Below are positions 10,101-17,255 of a DNA stretch of 64,000 bases, in pieces. The position numbers and the translations under genes were made by a program. A model generated the notes under the pieces. The model ran no database searches, had not been told where the DNA came from, and saw only the letters and a list, made by a program, of their open reading frames with translations. The DNA is from Candidatus Enteromonas sp. (GTDB taxonomy: Bacteria; Bacillota_I; Bacilli_A; RFN20; CAG-826). The stretch's first letter is position 1; each line of letters begins with the position of its first letter. The stretch is taken from the NCBI GenBank assembly GCA_034171505.1, contig JAXFGC010000006.1, positions 11,382 to 75,381 of the forward strand, written 5' to 3'.

Positions 10101-10564
10101 ATCCCCATGTACTTCAAATAGCAACGGGTGAGCAATGCGGCACAGACGATTTTGACCGCGGTGAGAATCGCGAATAATTGGGGAATCCAGGCTTTGGGGA
10201 ACAAAGCCATCACAATCACGAAGGGATCGAATAGCCCATAGTAACTATTCGAGCCAATCGAATCGGTGCCAATCCAAGTGGCGAAGTCATACAAAGGGAA
10301 CTTGCCTGTGGTGAAGAAGGTTCGCCAAGCATCGTGATAGGTGTAGGCAAAAGGGACGTATTGCCAGGTGTAGTCCCAATTCAACAGTTGGGTAAATGAA
10401 TTGGCGAAAAGAGAGTAACCAATCCACCCCAAGGCAACGAGAAATACGAGAAGGCCGTAATAGAAAAGCGAATCCGCGCGAAAAAGGAAACCGCAATGAC
10501 GGTGGAGGAAATCACCGCTATGTTTACCGCGCAAGGAACGGAGGGAGGACGTCGACGAACTCAT
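7199..10564 (-). CDS. YfhO family polytopic membrane protein (putative glycosyltransferase), 1121 aa
   Basis: The N-terminal half is multi-TM with a YfhO-like start (LLNWDYTWQYVPFAYTYHDAWRTFFTTGKFPLYDFATWIGTD...YYGLFDPF). A large soluble region and a C-terminal TM follow. ATGA overlap with the upstream PII-like gene. Confidence 0.75.
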   Translation of the reverse strand: MSSSTSSLRSLRGKHSGDFLHRHCGFLFRADSLFYYGLLVFLVALGWIGYSLFANSFTQLLNWDYTWQYVPFAYTYHDAWRTFFTTGKFPLYDFATWIGTDSIGSNSYYGLFDPFVIVMALFPKAWIPQLFAILTAVKIVCAALLTRCYLKYMGIKEWTARFAALAAALSGYVSFFVGFPSFLSAAIYIPMILWGIERVIKERKPLVLVLGVFLEGISSFFFLVVACIFGVIYALWRYFTTLNQRTAKENGAVIAMGVAAFAVGILLSAFSLLPSVRESSLSGRGSSIGSAYLNAVIGAFKEMDFRHCFSLIFEMVGDHPGRELMGMLSFFFPTAGHIALPLARSGYDAWTSSLFCYTPCVILFFMALLESIRQRKGLHLVAVLLCVYAVFTNFSYFFFYAFTGNGYGRWFIVLIPLITYYCAWGFDQRQEAPKYMPVLAGVLAIAGTVITFYLTEHLLNGVSFPRDPYNPNNLTYWQSSYVTASEIYNNNIASAWYFYYQLALVGIDSVLLIAGQRKKWLPKTFLASVAVEAIVMGNLAYAYDGLWSYQYSFAGGASNRENITLIAEAIDSSEAPYARTYADYCVGNKYSHRVGGLNASAEFHSLMNFDVEEFAVANQMKSGSSTLGEAYGTSGIKNASWSGYYANKREGTDSALGYRYYQVSNSYSAWKLADGSSLFPTPNVPFEAEEVVGATSDPNRSRLYRVPDTARPQLGYAVDSNQIYSLVHTSETSDATNFTSLRGGERGFRELLRFGDVITEGAIVKEGEELPENFAVKEEIPDILPSSEIYNTGSSLRLRADYYTVSDGDLMVPNVNASYYEEGLGFFLNHYEDKDQITNRTTILRDKGMVAFTPETGEYFNGDKKGTYFDMFFYNSCYSSSNVSDYYNAVPRVYVIGDSYNEDGTLKKENDVLCFEYNMFDGARKVDSGHAYYGYSRASFGLYAKGRAKAIVFCYPGNSRYPTIQFNPRDLYLRAVPYSSWRAKQDIIQQDKLQNVSYDTNVFTFDTAYDEDRLVTTCIGYDPGWQATATLPNGEKKKCQMLKLNGGLVGFVAPHALDEDGNPLMLRYELRYSTPYSNFSSALWVVGMLLVLGYAGVRLGLSIHEEKKRIAALEVPTDSAN

Positions 10565-10947
10565 TGATTCTCTTTCGGAAGCGGAGCTTGGGGAGCCACG
10601 ACTTCTTCTTTCTCCTCGGGTTCTTCTTCCTTCTTTTCTTCGGAAAGGCCAACAACGTCACTGACGGGAAGGGCAAAGGCGATGCCCATCCCCTTGGTAT
10701 TCATGCCAGCTCCCGCGTTGATCGCGCTTAAAACGTCATCGCGTATTTCACGGGGGACCAAAATCAAGACGATCTCTTTCTCGGGAGTCACGGTCACCCC
10801 AAAGAACGCCTCGGCTTCCTTGTTGCCAGAGCCGCGTCCTGTTAAGACGGTCCCCCCACGGGCACCCGCGGTTTTCGCGGCTTCCATGACGAGATCGGTG
10901 AATCCACGGTTTACGATGGATAAGATGGCGCAATAAGGTTCGTTCAT
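10561..10947 (-). CDS. PII-like signal-transduction protein (copy B) with an acidic E/K/P tail
   Basis: Beta-alpha-beta-beta-alpha-beta pattern: ILSIVNRG..DLVMEAAKTAGARGGTVLTGRGSG...KEIVLILVPREIRDDVLSAINAGAG...GIAFALPV. ATGA overlaps on both sides. Confidence 0.7.
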   Translation of the reverse strand: MNEPYCAILSIVNRGFTDLVMEAAKTAGARGGTVLTGRGSGNKEAEAFFGVTVTPEKEIVLILVPREIRDDVLSAINAGAGMNTKGMGIAFALPVSDVVGLSEEKKEEEPEEKEEVVAPQAPLPKENQ

Positions 10948-11351
10948 TGACTTTTCCTCCGAGATTTGGGAAGGGGGTGTTCGAAGTGCCGGCTGTTGGA
11001 GAGCATTTTATAGATGCTGACCCCAGCCACGGAATCCAAGGGAGTGATGAAGGCGATTCCCGCGGAGAGAGGGCTCAACGAGAAGCGCTCGCTTAACGCG
11101 GTTCGAAGCGTTGGCCAGGCATCCATCCGGACGATGCTGATAACGACGTCTTTATGCAGGGTGCCTGCCCCGAGAATTTCATAGAATTCGTTGGGGGCAG
11201 TGCCGTTTCCATGTAGGAAGAAGGTCGCATAGGCCCCAGCGTTTTTGATAAGGGTCGAAATGGCCTCCCCTTGGCCTTTGGCGACGACGCTGACCAGAAA
11301 ATACAAAGGGGTTAAGCGGTGGGTTTGATCGTAACGTAATGGTTGTTGCAT
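10944..11351 (-). CDS. PII-like signal-transduction protein (copy A)
   Basis: LYFLVSVVAKGQGEAISTLIKNAGAYATFFLHGNGT...DVVISIVRMDAWPTLRTALSERF...GIAFITPL. I trimmed the start from TTG 11369 to ATG 11351, which has a GGGAGGAA SD and lies 1 nt after the DUF1538 stop. Confidence 0.65.
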   Translation of the reverse strand: MQQPLRYDQTHRLTPLYFLVSVVAKGQGEAISTLIKNAGAYATFFLHGNGTAPNEFYEILGAGTLHKDVVISIVRMDAWPTLRTALSERFSLSPLSAGIAFITPLDSVAGVSIYKMLSNSRHFEHPLPKSRRKSQ

Positions 11352-11352
11352 A

Positions 11353-12954
11353 TCATTCCTCCCAAACAAAATGGACGATTTGGTCGTCGTCTTCCTCGAC
11401 CAAACGGCGTCTGGCCCTCGCTAAAGCGGCATTGGCCTTCAATTTGCTCGTTAAGCCTAGAGCCTGTAAAACAATGAGGGGCATCATGGCAACGAGGGAC
11501 ACCAAACCAAATCCATAGAGATAGACGTCTTGTCCTTGGGCATAGGCAAAGCCGATGCAGAAAGGCAAAACGAAGGTTGAGGTCATCGGACCGGAGGCAA
11601 CTCCGCCCGAATCAAACGCCATCGCGGTATAAATCGGGGGCACCAAAAAACTTAAGACAAAGGCGAGGATGTACCCCGGGATCAAGTAATATGCAATCGT
11701 GAATTCGAAGTGGGAACGAAGCAAATGGAGGACGACCGCGACCCCAATGGAAATGGACAAAACAAAGAGGACGGTACGGGATTTGATCGTCCCTTCGCTG
11801 ACCTCCTCGATTTGGTGGACGAGGACGTGAACCGCCGGTTCGGCTAAGACGCCGAAGATACCAAAACACGCCCCAAGAAGCAAAGCCACCCAGAACATAT
11901 CCGAATTCGAACCAAGAGCCTGGCCGAGTTTGGATGCGATCGGCATGAACCCCGCTTCAACCGCGGAAAGGAAGAAGACCAAACCCACATAAGTGACCAA
12001 CATGCCAAGGGCGATTCGGAAAATCTTGGTCCACTTCAACCGCAGGAACAGGAAGTTATATATAAGGAAGAAAAGCAAGATGGGCCCTACCGACAAGGCG
12101 ACGGAGGACAAAGAAGAAAGAAGCGCGTGCCCAAAGTTCGTCCCCAAGCTATCGGAAATCTTCGACAAGGGATCCGCGTACTCGCCCATGGAGGGCAATT
12201 CTTGACCAAGCCCCTTCATGATCATCGCGATGACGATGACGGCCAAAATCGGCCCAACAGAACATAACGCCGTCAAGCCGAACGAATCGCTGGAGTTGTT
12301 GCTTCGGTGGCTCGCCGCGCACCCCAAACCAAATCCGAGCAAGAAAGGAACGGTGACGGGGCCGGTCGTAACTCCGCCCGAATCAAAACAAATGGGCAGA
12401 AAGCGGGGGTCGATTAAGTAAATCAATGCGAAAGCTAAACCATAAAACGCAAGGAACAATGTATTGAGGTTTTTGCCATACAGTATCCGAACCACCCCAA
12501 CCACGAGGAAGGCGCCAACCCCGATGCCAATGGTCCAGACGATGATGGCCTCGTCTACTCCAATTTGGCTGCTGAGAACAGATAAATCCGGTTCGGCAAC
12601 CGTAACGAGGACGCCCAAAATGAAGGTCATCGCAATAACGAAGAAGAAATTCTTTTTCTTCATCAACGACCCGCCGATTTGGGTACCGATTTCGGACATC
12701 GATTGCTCGGTCCCGACGTTGAAGAGCATCATTCCGATAACAATCATCCCGACCGCGAGAGCGAAGGACAACATATCCATGTCATTGAGTCGGAAGGCAG
12801 GGTCAAATACATCGCTTGGAACGGCAAAACGGAACACCAAAAAGAAGGCCGTGATCGTTAAGGCGATCGGCAAAGTGGACAATACGGATTCCCGTAGTTT
12901 CCCTAACCAATACTTAACGTTTCCCATGGGTCTTCTTCTTATTGACACCTCCAT
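11353..12954 (-). CDS. Internally duplicated DUF1538-family membrane protein
   Basis: About 12 hydrophobic segments. The family-like motif appears twice (FDSGGVTTGPVTVPFLLGFG and FDSGGVASGPMTSTFVLPFCIG). An alternative ATG at 12927 (MGNVKYWLGKL) would shorten the overlap with the upstream gene from 41 nt to 14 nt. Confidence 0.75.
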   Translation of the reverse strand: MEVSIRRRPMGNVKYWLGKLRESVLSTLPIALTITAFFLVFRFAVPSDVFDPAFRLNDMDMLSFALAVGMIVIGMMLFNVGTEQSMSEIGTQIGGSLMKKKNFFFVIAMTFILGVLVTVAEPDLSVLSSQIGVDEAIIVWTIGIGVGAFLVVGVVRILYGKNLNTLFLAFYGLAFALIYLIDPRFLPICFDSGGVTTGPVTVPFLLGFGLGCAASHRSNNSSDSFGLTALCSVGPILAVIVIAMIMKGLGQELPSMGEYADPLSKISDSLGTNFGHALLSSLSSVALSVGPILLFFLIYNFLFLRLKWTKIFRIALGMLVTYVGLVFFLSAVEAGFMPIASKLGQALGSNSDMFWVALLLGACFGIFGVLAEPAVHVLVHQIEEVSEGTIKSRTVLFVLSISIGVAVVLHLLRSHFEFTIAYYLIPGYILAFVLSFLVPPIYTAMAFDSGGVASGPMTSTFVLPFCIGFAYAQGQDVYLYGFGLVSLVAMMPLIVLQALGLTSKLKANAALARARRRLVEEDDDQIVHFVWEE

Positions 12955-13999
12955 ATCGTGCCGCGAGGGCTTCGCGACGCTTTTTGCCGTTTTCGATCTT
13001 TGTTTGTCTGCGGGTCAAGCGATTGTCTTTTTGCTCTTTCTTAACGATTTCACGACGGACGTTTTCCGAAATCGCCGCACCGGAAAACAACGCTTTGAAA
13101 TCTTTGGGGAGGGGGGACTTAATGTCATAGGACTTGCCCGTCAAAGGATGGGTGAAGGCGAGTTCATAGGCGTGGAGGCCGAGGCGCTTCAACGGGTCGG
13201 TCGGTTCGCCGTATTTATCGTCCCCGATAACGTAATGTCCGCGGGATCCGAGTTGGACGCGGATTTGGTTTTTCCTGCCCGAGGCAATGGAGACATCCAA
13301 CAAGGAATAAGGCCCTTTCTGATCGAGAACCTTATAAGAAGTGACCGCGAGTTTTCCCTTTGTTTTGTTTTTCGTAACGTACACCAATTGGAAATTGTCT
13401 TGGGCCAAGTAGTCACGGAAGGTACCGCTTGGCTCCTCCATCTTTCCTTCGACAATCGCATAATAGAAACGTTTGGTAACGACTTCTTGCCACGCGTTTT
13501 GGAGGGCTTCCCGTGTTTCAATGTTTTTGGCAAATACCAAAACACCAGAGGTATCCTCATCCAAACGATGGACGACGAAAATACGAGATTTTGGGGATTT
13601 CGCGGCAATGTAATCCGAAACGATGCGATAGGCGGTTTTGCCCTTTTCCCTTTCGGTGGCCACGCTTAAGAGCCCGGAAGGTTTATCGATTGCGATGATG
13701 TTTTCATCTTCGTAAAGGATGGTGGGGCGCTTCACTTCCTTGCGACGAATGGGACGCTCGGAAACAGTGACGACGTCTTCGGGGTAAATCTTGTAATCAA
13801 ATTGGGATACCATGACCCCTCCCACGGCGACTTGGTGATGCGAAAGGAGGGATTTGACGGTTTTCCTTTCCTTTTCTCCGAGTTTGAACAAAAGGAATTC
13901 CATCAATGTGGTTTCTTTATAGACCTTCCATTCTTTAACGGAACGGGGGTCAACGAGTCCGCGAGTCGGACGGGTGGATTTCTTATCGTTTTTATTCAT
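12914..13999 (-). CDS. RluA-family 23S rRNA/tRNA pseudouridine synthase with an S4 domain and a basic C-terminal tail
   Basis: Catalytic HRLDEDTSGVLVFAKN, an S4-like N-terminus, and QIRVQL. A roughly 55-aa K/R-rich tail (...RREIVKKEQKDNRLTRRQTKIENGKKRRE...KKKTHGKR). Confidence 0.85.
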   Translation of the reverse strand: MNKNDKKSTRPTRGLVDPRSVKEWKVYKETTLMEFLLFKLGEKERKTVKSLLSHHQVAVGGVMVSQFDYKIYPEDVVTVSERPIRRKEVKRPTILYEDENIIAIDKPSGLLSVATEREKGKTAYRIVSDYIAAKSPKSRIFVVHRLDEDTSGVLVFAKNIETREALQNAWQEVVTKRFYYAIVEGKMEEPSGTFRDYLAQDNFQLVYVTKNKTKGKLAVTSYKVLDQKGPYSLLDVSIASGRKNQIRVQLGSRGHYVIGDDKYGEPTDPLKRLGLHAYELAFTHPLTGKSYDIKSPLPKDFKALFSGAAISENVRREIVKKEQKDNRLTRRQTKIENGKKRREALAARYGGVNKKKTHGKR

Positions 14000-14867
14000 G
14001 GTCCAGAAATTCCTTCAAGGCACGTAAGTTTTTTTCGGCGACGCGAACACCGGCTTCATAGACGCGAGTAAGTTTCTCGGAGTCATGTTCGGTTTTGGAC
14101 ACCCCAAGCGCCGATTCGGGGGCGATCAGGAAGATTTCGCCGCGCTTCTCCATTTGGAGAAGTTCTTCCACCGCGGCATTATAAACCTTTGAGTAGCCAA
14201 AATAAGATTCCAAAAATTCGGGATTGTTTCGATAGAGGGCTTTGTAAAGGAGTTCCTTGGCCACCCCGACCTTCATTCTCTTTCGGAAATCGCGGGGACG
14301 GGTGAGGATAACCACCAATTTACGATACCCATCTTCCATCGCTTTTTGATAAGGGATTGGAGCGCTTTGTCCCCCATCAAGATAGTAATGTCCATCCACG
14401 AGAACCGGTTTGCTGATCGCAGGCAAAGAGGCGGACGCTTCCACCGCTTTCCAAAAATCCTGAACCACGCCTTTTTCGAAATAGGCGGCCTTTCCGGTCT
14501 CCAAACTCGTAGCGGCGCAGACAAACCGAACGGGGGAATTCTCGAATGTTTCAAAGTCAAAAGGAAGAGATTTTTTCGGCAATTCATGGATTAAATATTC
14601 GAAATCGAACAAACCGCCCTTCTTAACTAAATTTCGGAAAGAGAGAAATTTCTTGTCCGAAAGAAGTTCGGTGGTGACGACCTTGGAACGCCCATAATCC
14701 TCCGAAAGGAAATCCAAATTGTTGAGGGCTCCGGCGGAGGTGCCGATGAGATAAGGAAAACGAATGCCTTCCCGAAGAAAGACATCCTCGACTCCCGCGG
14801 TAAACGCGCCGCGAGAACCGCCTCCTTGAGCGACCAAGGCGACACCAGAGAAAAGTTTAGATTCCAT
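13992..14867 (-). CDS. Patatin-like phospholipase
   Basis: GGGSRGAFTAGV oxyanion motif, GTSAGA (G-x-S-x-G), YLDGG catalytic Asp. I trimmed the start to ATG 14867 (MESKLFSG). The longer ORF, up to 15125, would run antisense into the divergent lipoprotein gene. Confidence 0.85.
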   Translation of the reverse strand: MESKLFSGVALVAQGGGSRGAFTAGVEDVFLREGIRFPYLIGTSAGALNNLDFLSEDYGRSKVVTTELLSDKKFLSFRNLVKKGGLFDFEYLIHELPKKSLPFDFETFENSPVRFVCAATSLETGKAAYFEKGVVQDFWKAVEASASLPAISKPVLVDGHYYLDGGQSAPIPYQKAMEDGYRKLVVILTRPRDFRKRMKVGVAKELLYKALYRNNPEFLESYFGYSKVYNAAVEELLQMEKRGEIFLIAPESALGVSKTEHDSEKLTRVYEAGVRVAEKNLRALKEFLDHE

Positions 14868-14877
14868 TACATTGTAA

Positions 14878-14886
14878 TGGTATGAT
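14878..14886 (+). promoter_or_regulatory. Extended -10 promoter (TGgTATGAT) placed 6 nt before the ATG, making this a candidate leaderless transcript
   Basis: The sequence aaTGgTATGATatcgccATG lies in the 25-bp divergent intergenic gap. There is no SD. Confidence 0.45.
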
Positions 14887-14892
14887 ATCGCC

Positions 14893-16479
14893 ATGAAAAC
14901 CTCAAAGACTTTATCCTTTTTCCGGAAGATTTCCTTAACGGCTTCCCTACTTGCCCTTTCCGCATGCACGATTGCCCCTTCTCGTCCGAACTCTTCCGCC
15001 TCGGAAAACGATTCCAGTTCCTCCGGCGTTACCGACACCAGCGAAGCTTCTTCCCTTCCTTCCGAAGAAACCAGCGAAGAGTCTTCTGAAGTTAGCGTTG
15101 ACACCCGCGAACCCGCGACGTTCAAGTTCTACTGCGTCAACGATTTCCACGGTTCGATTGTCTCTCAAGGATACGAAGCGGGAATCGGCAATTTGTTCTC
15201 CTTCTTGCATGATGAAAAGGCAAAAGACCCCGAGCATACCTTTGTTTTCTCCGCAGGAGACATGTTCCAAGGATCCTGGGAATCCAATTCGAACCACGGG
15301 CTTTGCATCACCGAATGTATGAACGCGGTTCCCTTCGATGCGATGGCCCTCGGCAACCATGACTTTGACTATGGTTTGGAAGCCCAACAAAAATTCATCG
15401 ACATGGCGGATTTTCCCGTCCTCGCCGGAAACATCCTCGATTACAAAACCGGTGTTTCCTGGGGCCGTACCGAAGGGTCCTTCATGGTGGAACGCGACGG
15501 ATACAAGATTGGCATCATCGGCAATATCGGCGCCGGCCAAACCACTTCCATCCAATCCCGCATCGTTAACGATCTCCGTTTTTCCTCTCCCCAAGATGTC
15601 ATCAAAACCGAAGCCACGAAGCTGAAAAAGAATGGCGCGGACATCGTCGTTAGCATCCTCCACGATGCCGTTTCCGCCCTTCGGGCAGGTTTCGGCAGTG
15701 CCAACCTCAAGGATTATATTGACGGCAGTTTCCATGGTCACAACCACTACACCGAAAGCGACGAAATCAATGGGGTGCCCCTCGTAAATGGGGGTTACAA
15801 CGGTCGCGCATACAGCTATTTTGAACTAACGATTGACAATGGGGTCGTAACCGCGAGCAATGCGAAGTACCATTACGCGCCTACTTCCTATGGCAGCAAC
15901 TCCGAGATTAACGCCATCCTCAACAAATACCTCGATGACGAATTCCAAAAGAAGACCAATGAAGTCCTTGGCAACCTTTCGGGAGGCAATCTCGACAATT
16001 ATGGCGTCGCCCGTTTGGGGGTCAAAGCCATCTACGAACGTTACAAAGGAAAATATCCGGAACTCGTCGCGACCATCGAAAATTCCCAACGCGCAACCCT
16101 ATACACCGGCCAAGTCACTTATGGGGACCTCTACAAAGCAACCCCGTTCATGAACGAAATCGTCTTTGCCTATGTCACCGGCAAAGAAATTAAGAGTCAG
16201 TCTTCACATGGAGCCTGTTATACCGGGGATACCGGCACCTATGGCACGTTGAATGACAACGACTATTATCTCGCCGGAATCATCGATTACCTCTATTTCC
16301 ATCAGAACGAAAACAAAATCTACAACTACTTCCGTAGCGCCTCAGATTCGAACAACGTCGTGGGAATCGAAAATGCCTATCCCGTCGATATTACCGCGGA
16401 CTACATCAAGGAGAATCTAAAAGGGGTTATTACCTCCACCGATTTCAGCGGGGTCAATAACGGATTCAATATCTATTAA
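14893..16479 (+). CDS. Lipoprotein 5'-nucleotidase/metallophosphoesterase
   Basis: Signal peptide plus lipobox (LLALSAC), an S/E-rich linker, metallophosphatase motifs NDFHG, GDMFQG and GNHDFD, and a C-terminal 5'-nucleotidase-like domain. Confidence 0.85.
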   Translation: MKTSKTLSFFRKISLTASLLALSACTIAPSRPNSSASENDSSSSGVTDTSEASSLPSEETSEESSEVSVDTREPATFKFYCVNDFHGSIVSQGYEAGIGNLFSFLHDEKAKDPEHTFVFSAGDMFQGSWESNSNHGLCITECMNAVPFDAMALGNHDFDYGLEAQQKFIDMADFPVLAGNILDYKTGVSWGRTEGSFMVERDGYKIGIIGNIGAGQTTSIQSRIVNDLRFSSPQDVIKTEATKLKKNGADIVVSILHDAVSALRAGFGSANLKDYIDGSFHGHNHYTESDEINGVPLVNGGYNGRAYSYFELTIDNGVVTASNAKYHYAPTSYGSNSEINAILNKYLDDEFQKKTNEVLGNLSGGNLDNYGVARLGVKAIYERYKGKYPELVATIENSQRATLYTGQVTYGDLYKATPFMNEIVFAYVTGKEIKSQSSHGACYTGDTGTYGTLNDNDYYLAGIIDYLYFHQNENKIYNYFRSASDSNNVVGIENAYPVDITADYIKENLKGVITSTDFSGVNNGFNIY

Positions 16480-17255
16480 TCCAACAAACCGTAATGGCGT
16501 AAGCCATGATAGAGGCCATCCTCATCGATCATATCGGTGACGTGTTCGGCCTCTTTTTTCACCTTTTCCAAGGCGTTTCCCATCGCGCAGAAATGATCGA
16601 GTCCCTCTTTCATGCCGATGTCAGGTTCATCGTCCCCAAAACCAAGGGCTTCGCTTCGATCGATATCGTAAGCTTCCAAGACTTTGCGGATTCCTTCCCC
16701 TTTGCTATACATGACGGGGGTGACGTCCATCGCATAATCGTGAAAACGGAAGAAATTAAGAGTCGGAAAGGCCGAACGAAACGCATCTTCCTTTTCTTTG
16801 GGAGCGAAAAGAAGAAAGTCAACGACCTGCTTGCTATGGAACGGGGCCACCGGGGCGAAGGGTTCGGTGAAGACCTTCGCGTATTCTGCGAAATAAGCGT
16901 TCGGTTCTTCGTTGTAATAACGGAGCAATGGGGTGATGACTTGCACCATGCATCCTTGTTCTTTGGTAAAGCGAAGGAAATCATGGACAAGCGAGTTATC
17001 CAAAAGAATCTTTTGAACAAATTTGCCCCGGGAATAGGCCACCCCACCTGAATTGGCGACCCAACCATTCCAATGAATGCCAAGGTCAAAAAGCCCAAAT
17101 TGTTTGAGGGAATGATAGGGGCGAGCGGAGCATAGAAAAACCTTAACGCCTTTCTTTTGCAAGGCTTTCACGGCTTCGATTCCAGAAGGAACGAAGCGGC
17201 GGGTTTTCCAGGAATAGAGGGTGTTATCAACGTCGAAGAATACGGCTTTAATCAT
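16476..17255 (-). CDS. Cof-type HAD-IIB family hydrolase
   Basis: FFDVDNTLY (DxD) at the N-terminus and GFGDDEPDIGM near the C-terminus. ATGA-type overlap with the GH2 gene. Confidence 0.85.
   Translation of the reverse strand: MIKAVFFDVDNTLYSWKTRRFVPSGIEAVKALQKKGVKVFLCSARPYHSLKQFGLFDLGIHWNGWVANSGGVAYSRGKFVQKILLDNSLVHDFLRFTKEQGCMVQVITPLLRYYNEEPNAYFAEYAKVFTEPFAPVAPFHSKQVVDFLLFAPKEKEDAFRSAFPTLNFFRFHDYAMDVTPVMYSKGEGIRKVLEAYDIDRSEALGFGDDEPDIGMKEGLDHFCAMGNALEKVKKEAEHVTDMIDEDGLYHGLRHYGLLD

Noticed and set aside
13992-14867. The patatin-like phospholipase as a CBASS-type or other defence effector.
   Set aside because: There is no cyclase, nucleotidyltransferase, sensor or other defence partner nearby. 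The gene is translationally coupled to housekeeping-type genes.
14868-15125. An 86-aa N-terminal extension of the patatin ORF.
   Set aside because: It is antisense to the signal peptide and S/E-rich linker of the divergent lipoprotein gene. The conserved patatin fold begins right after ATG 14867.
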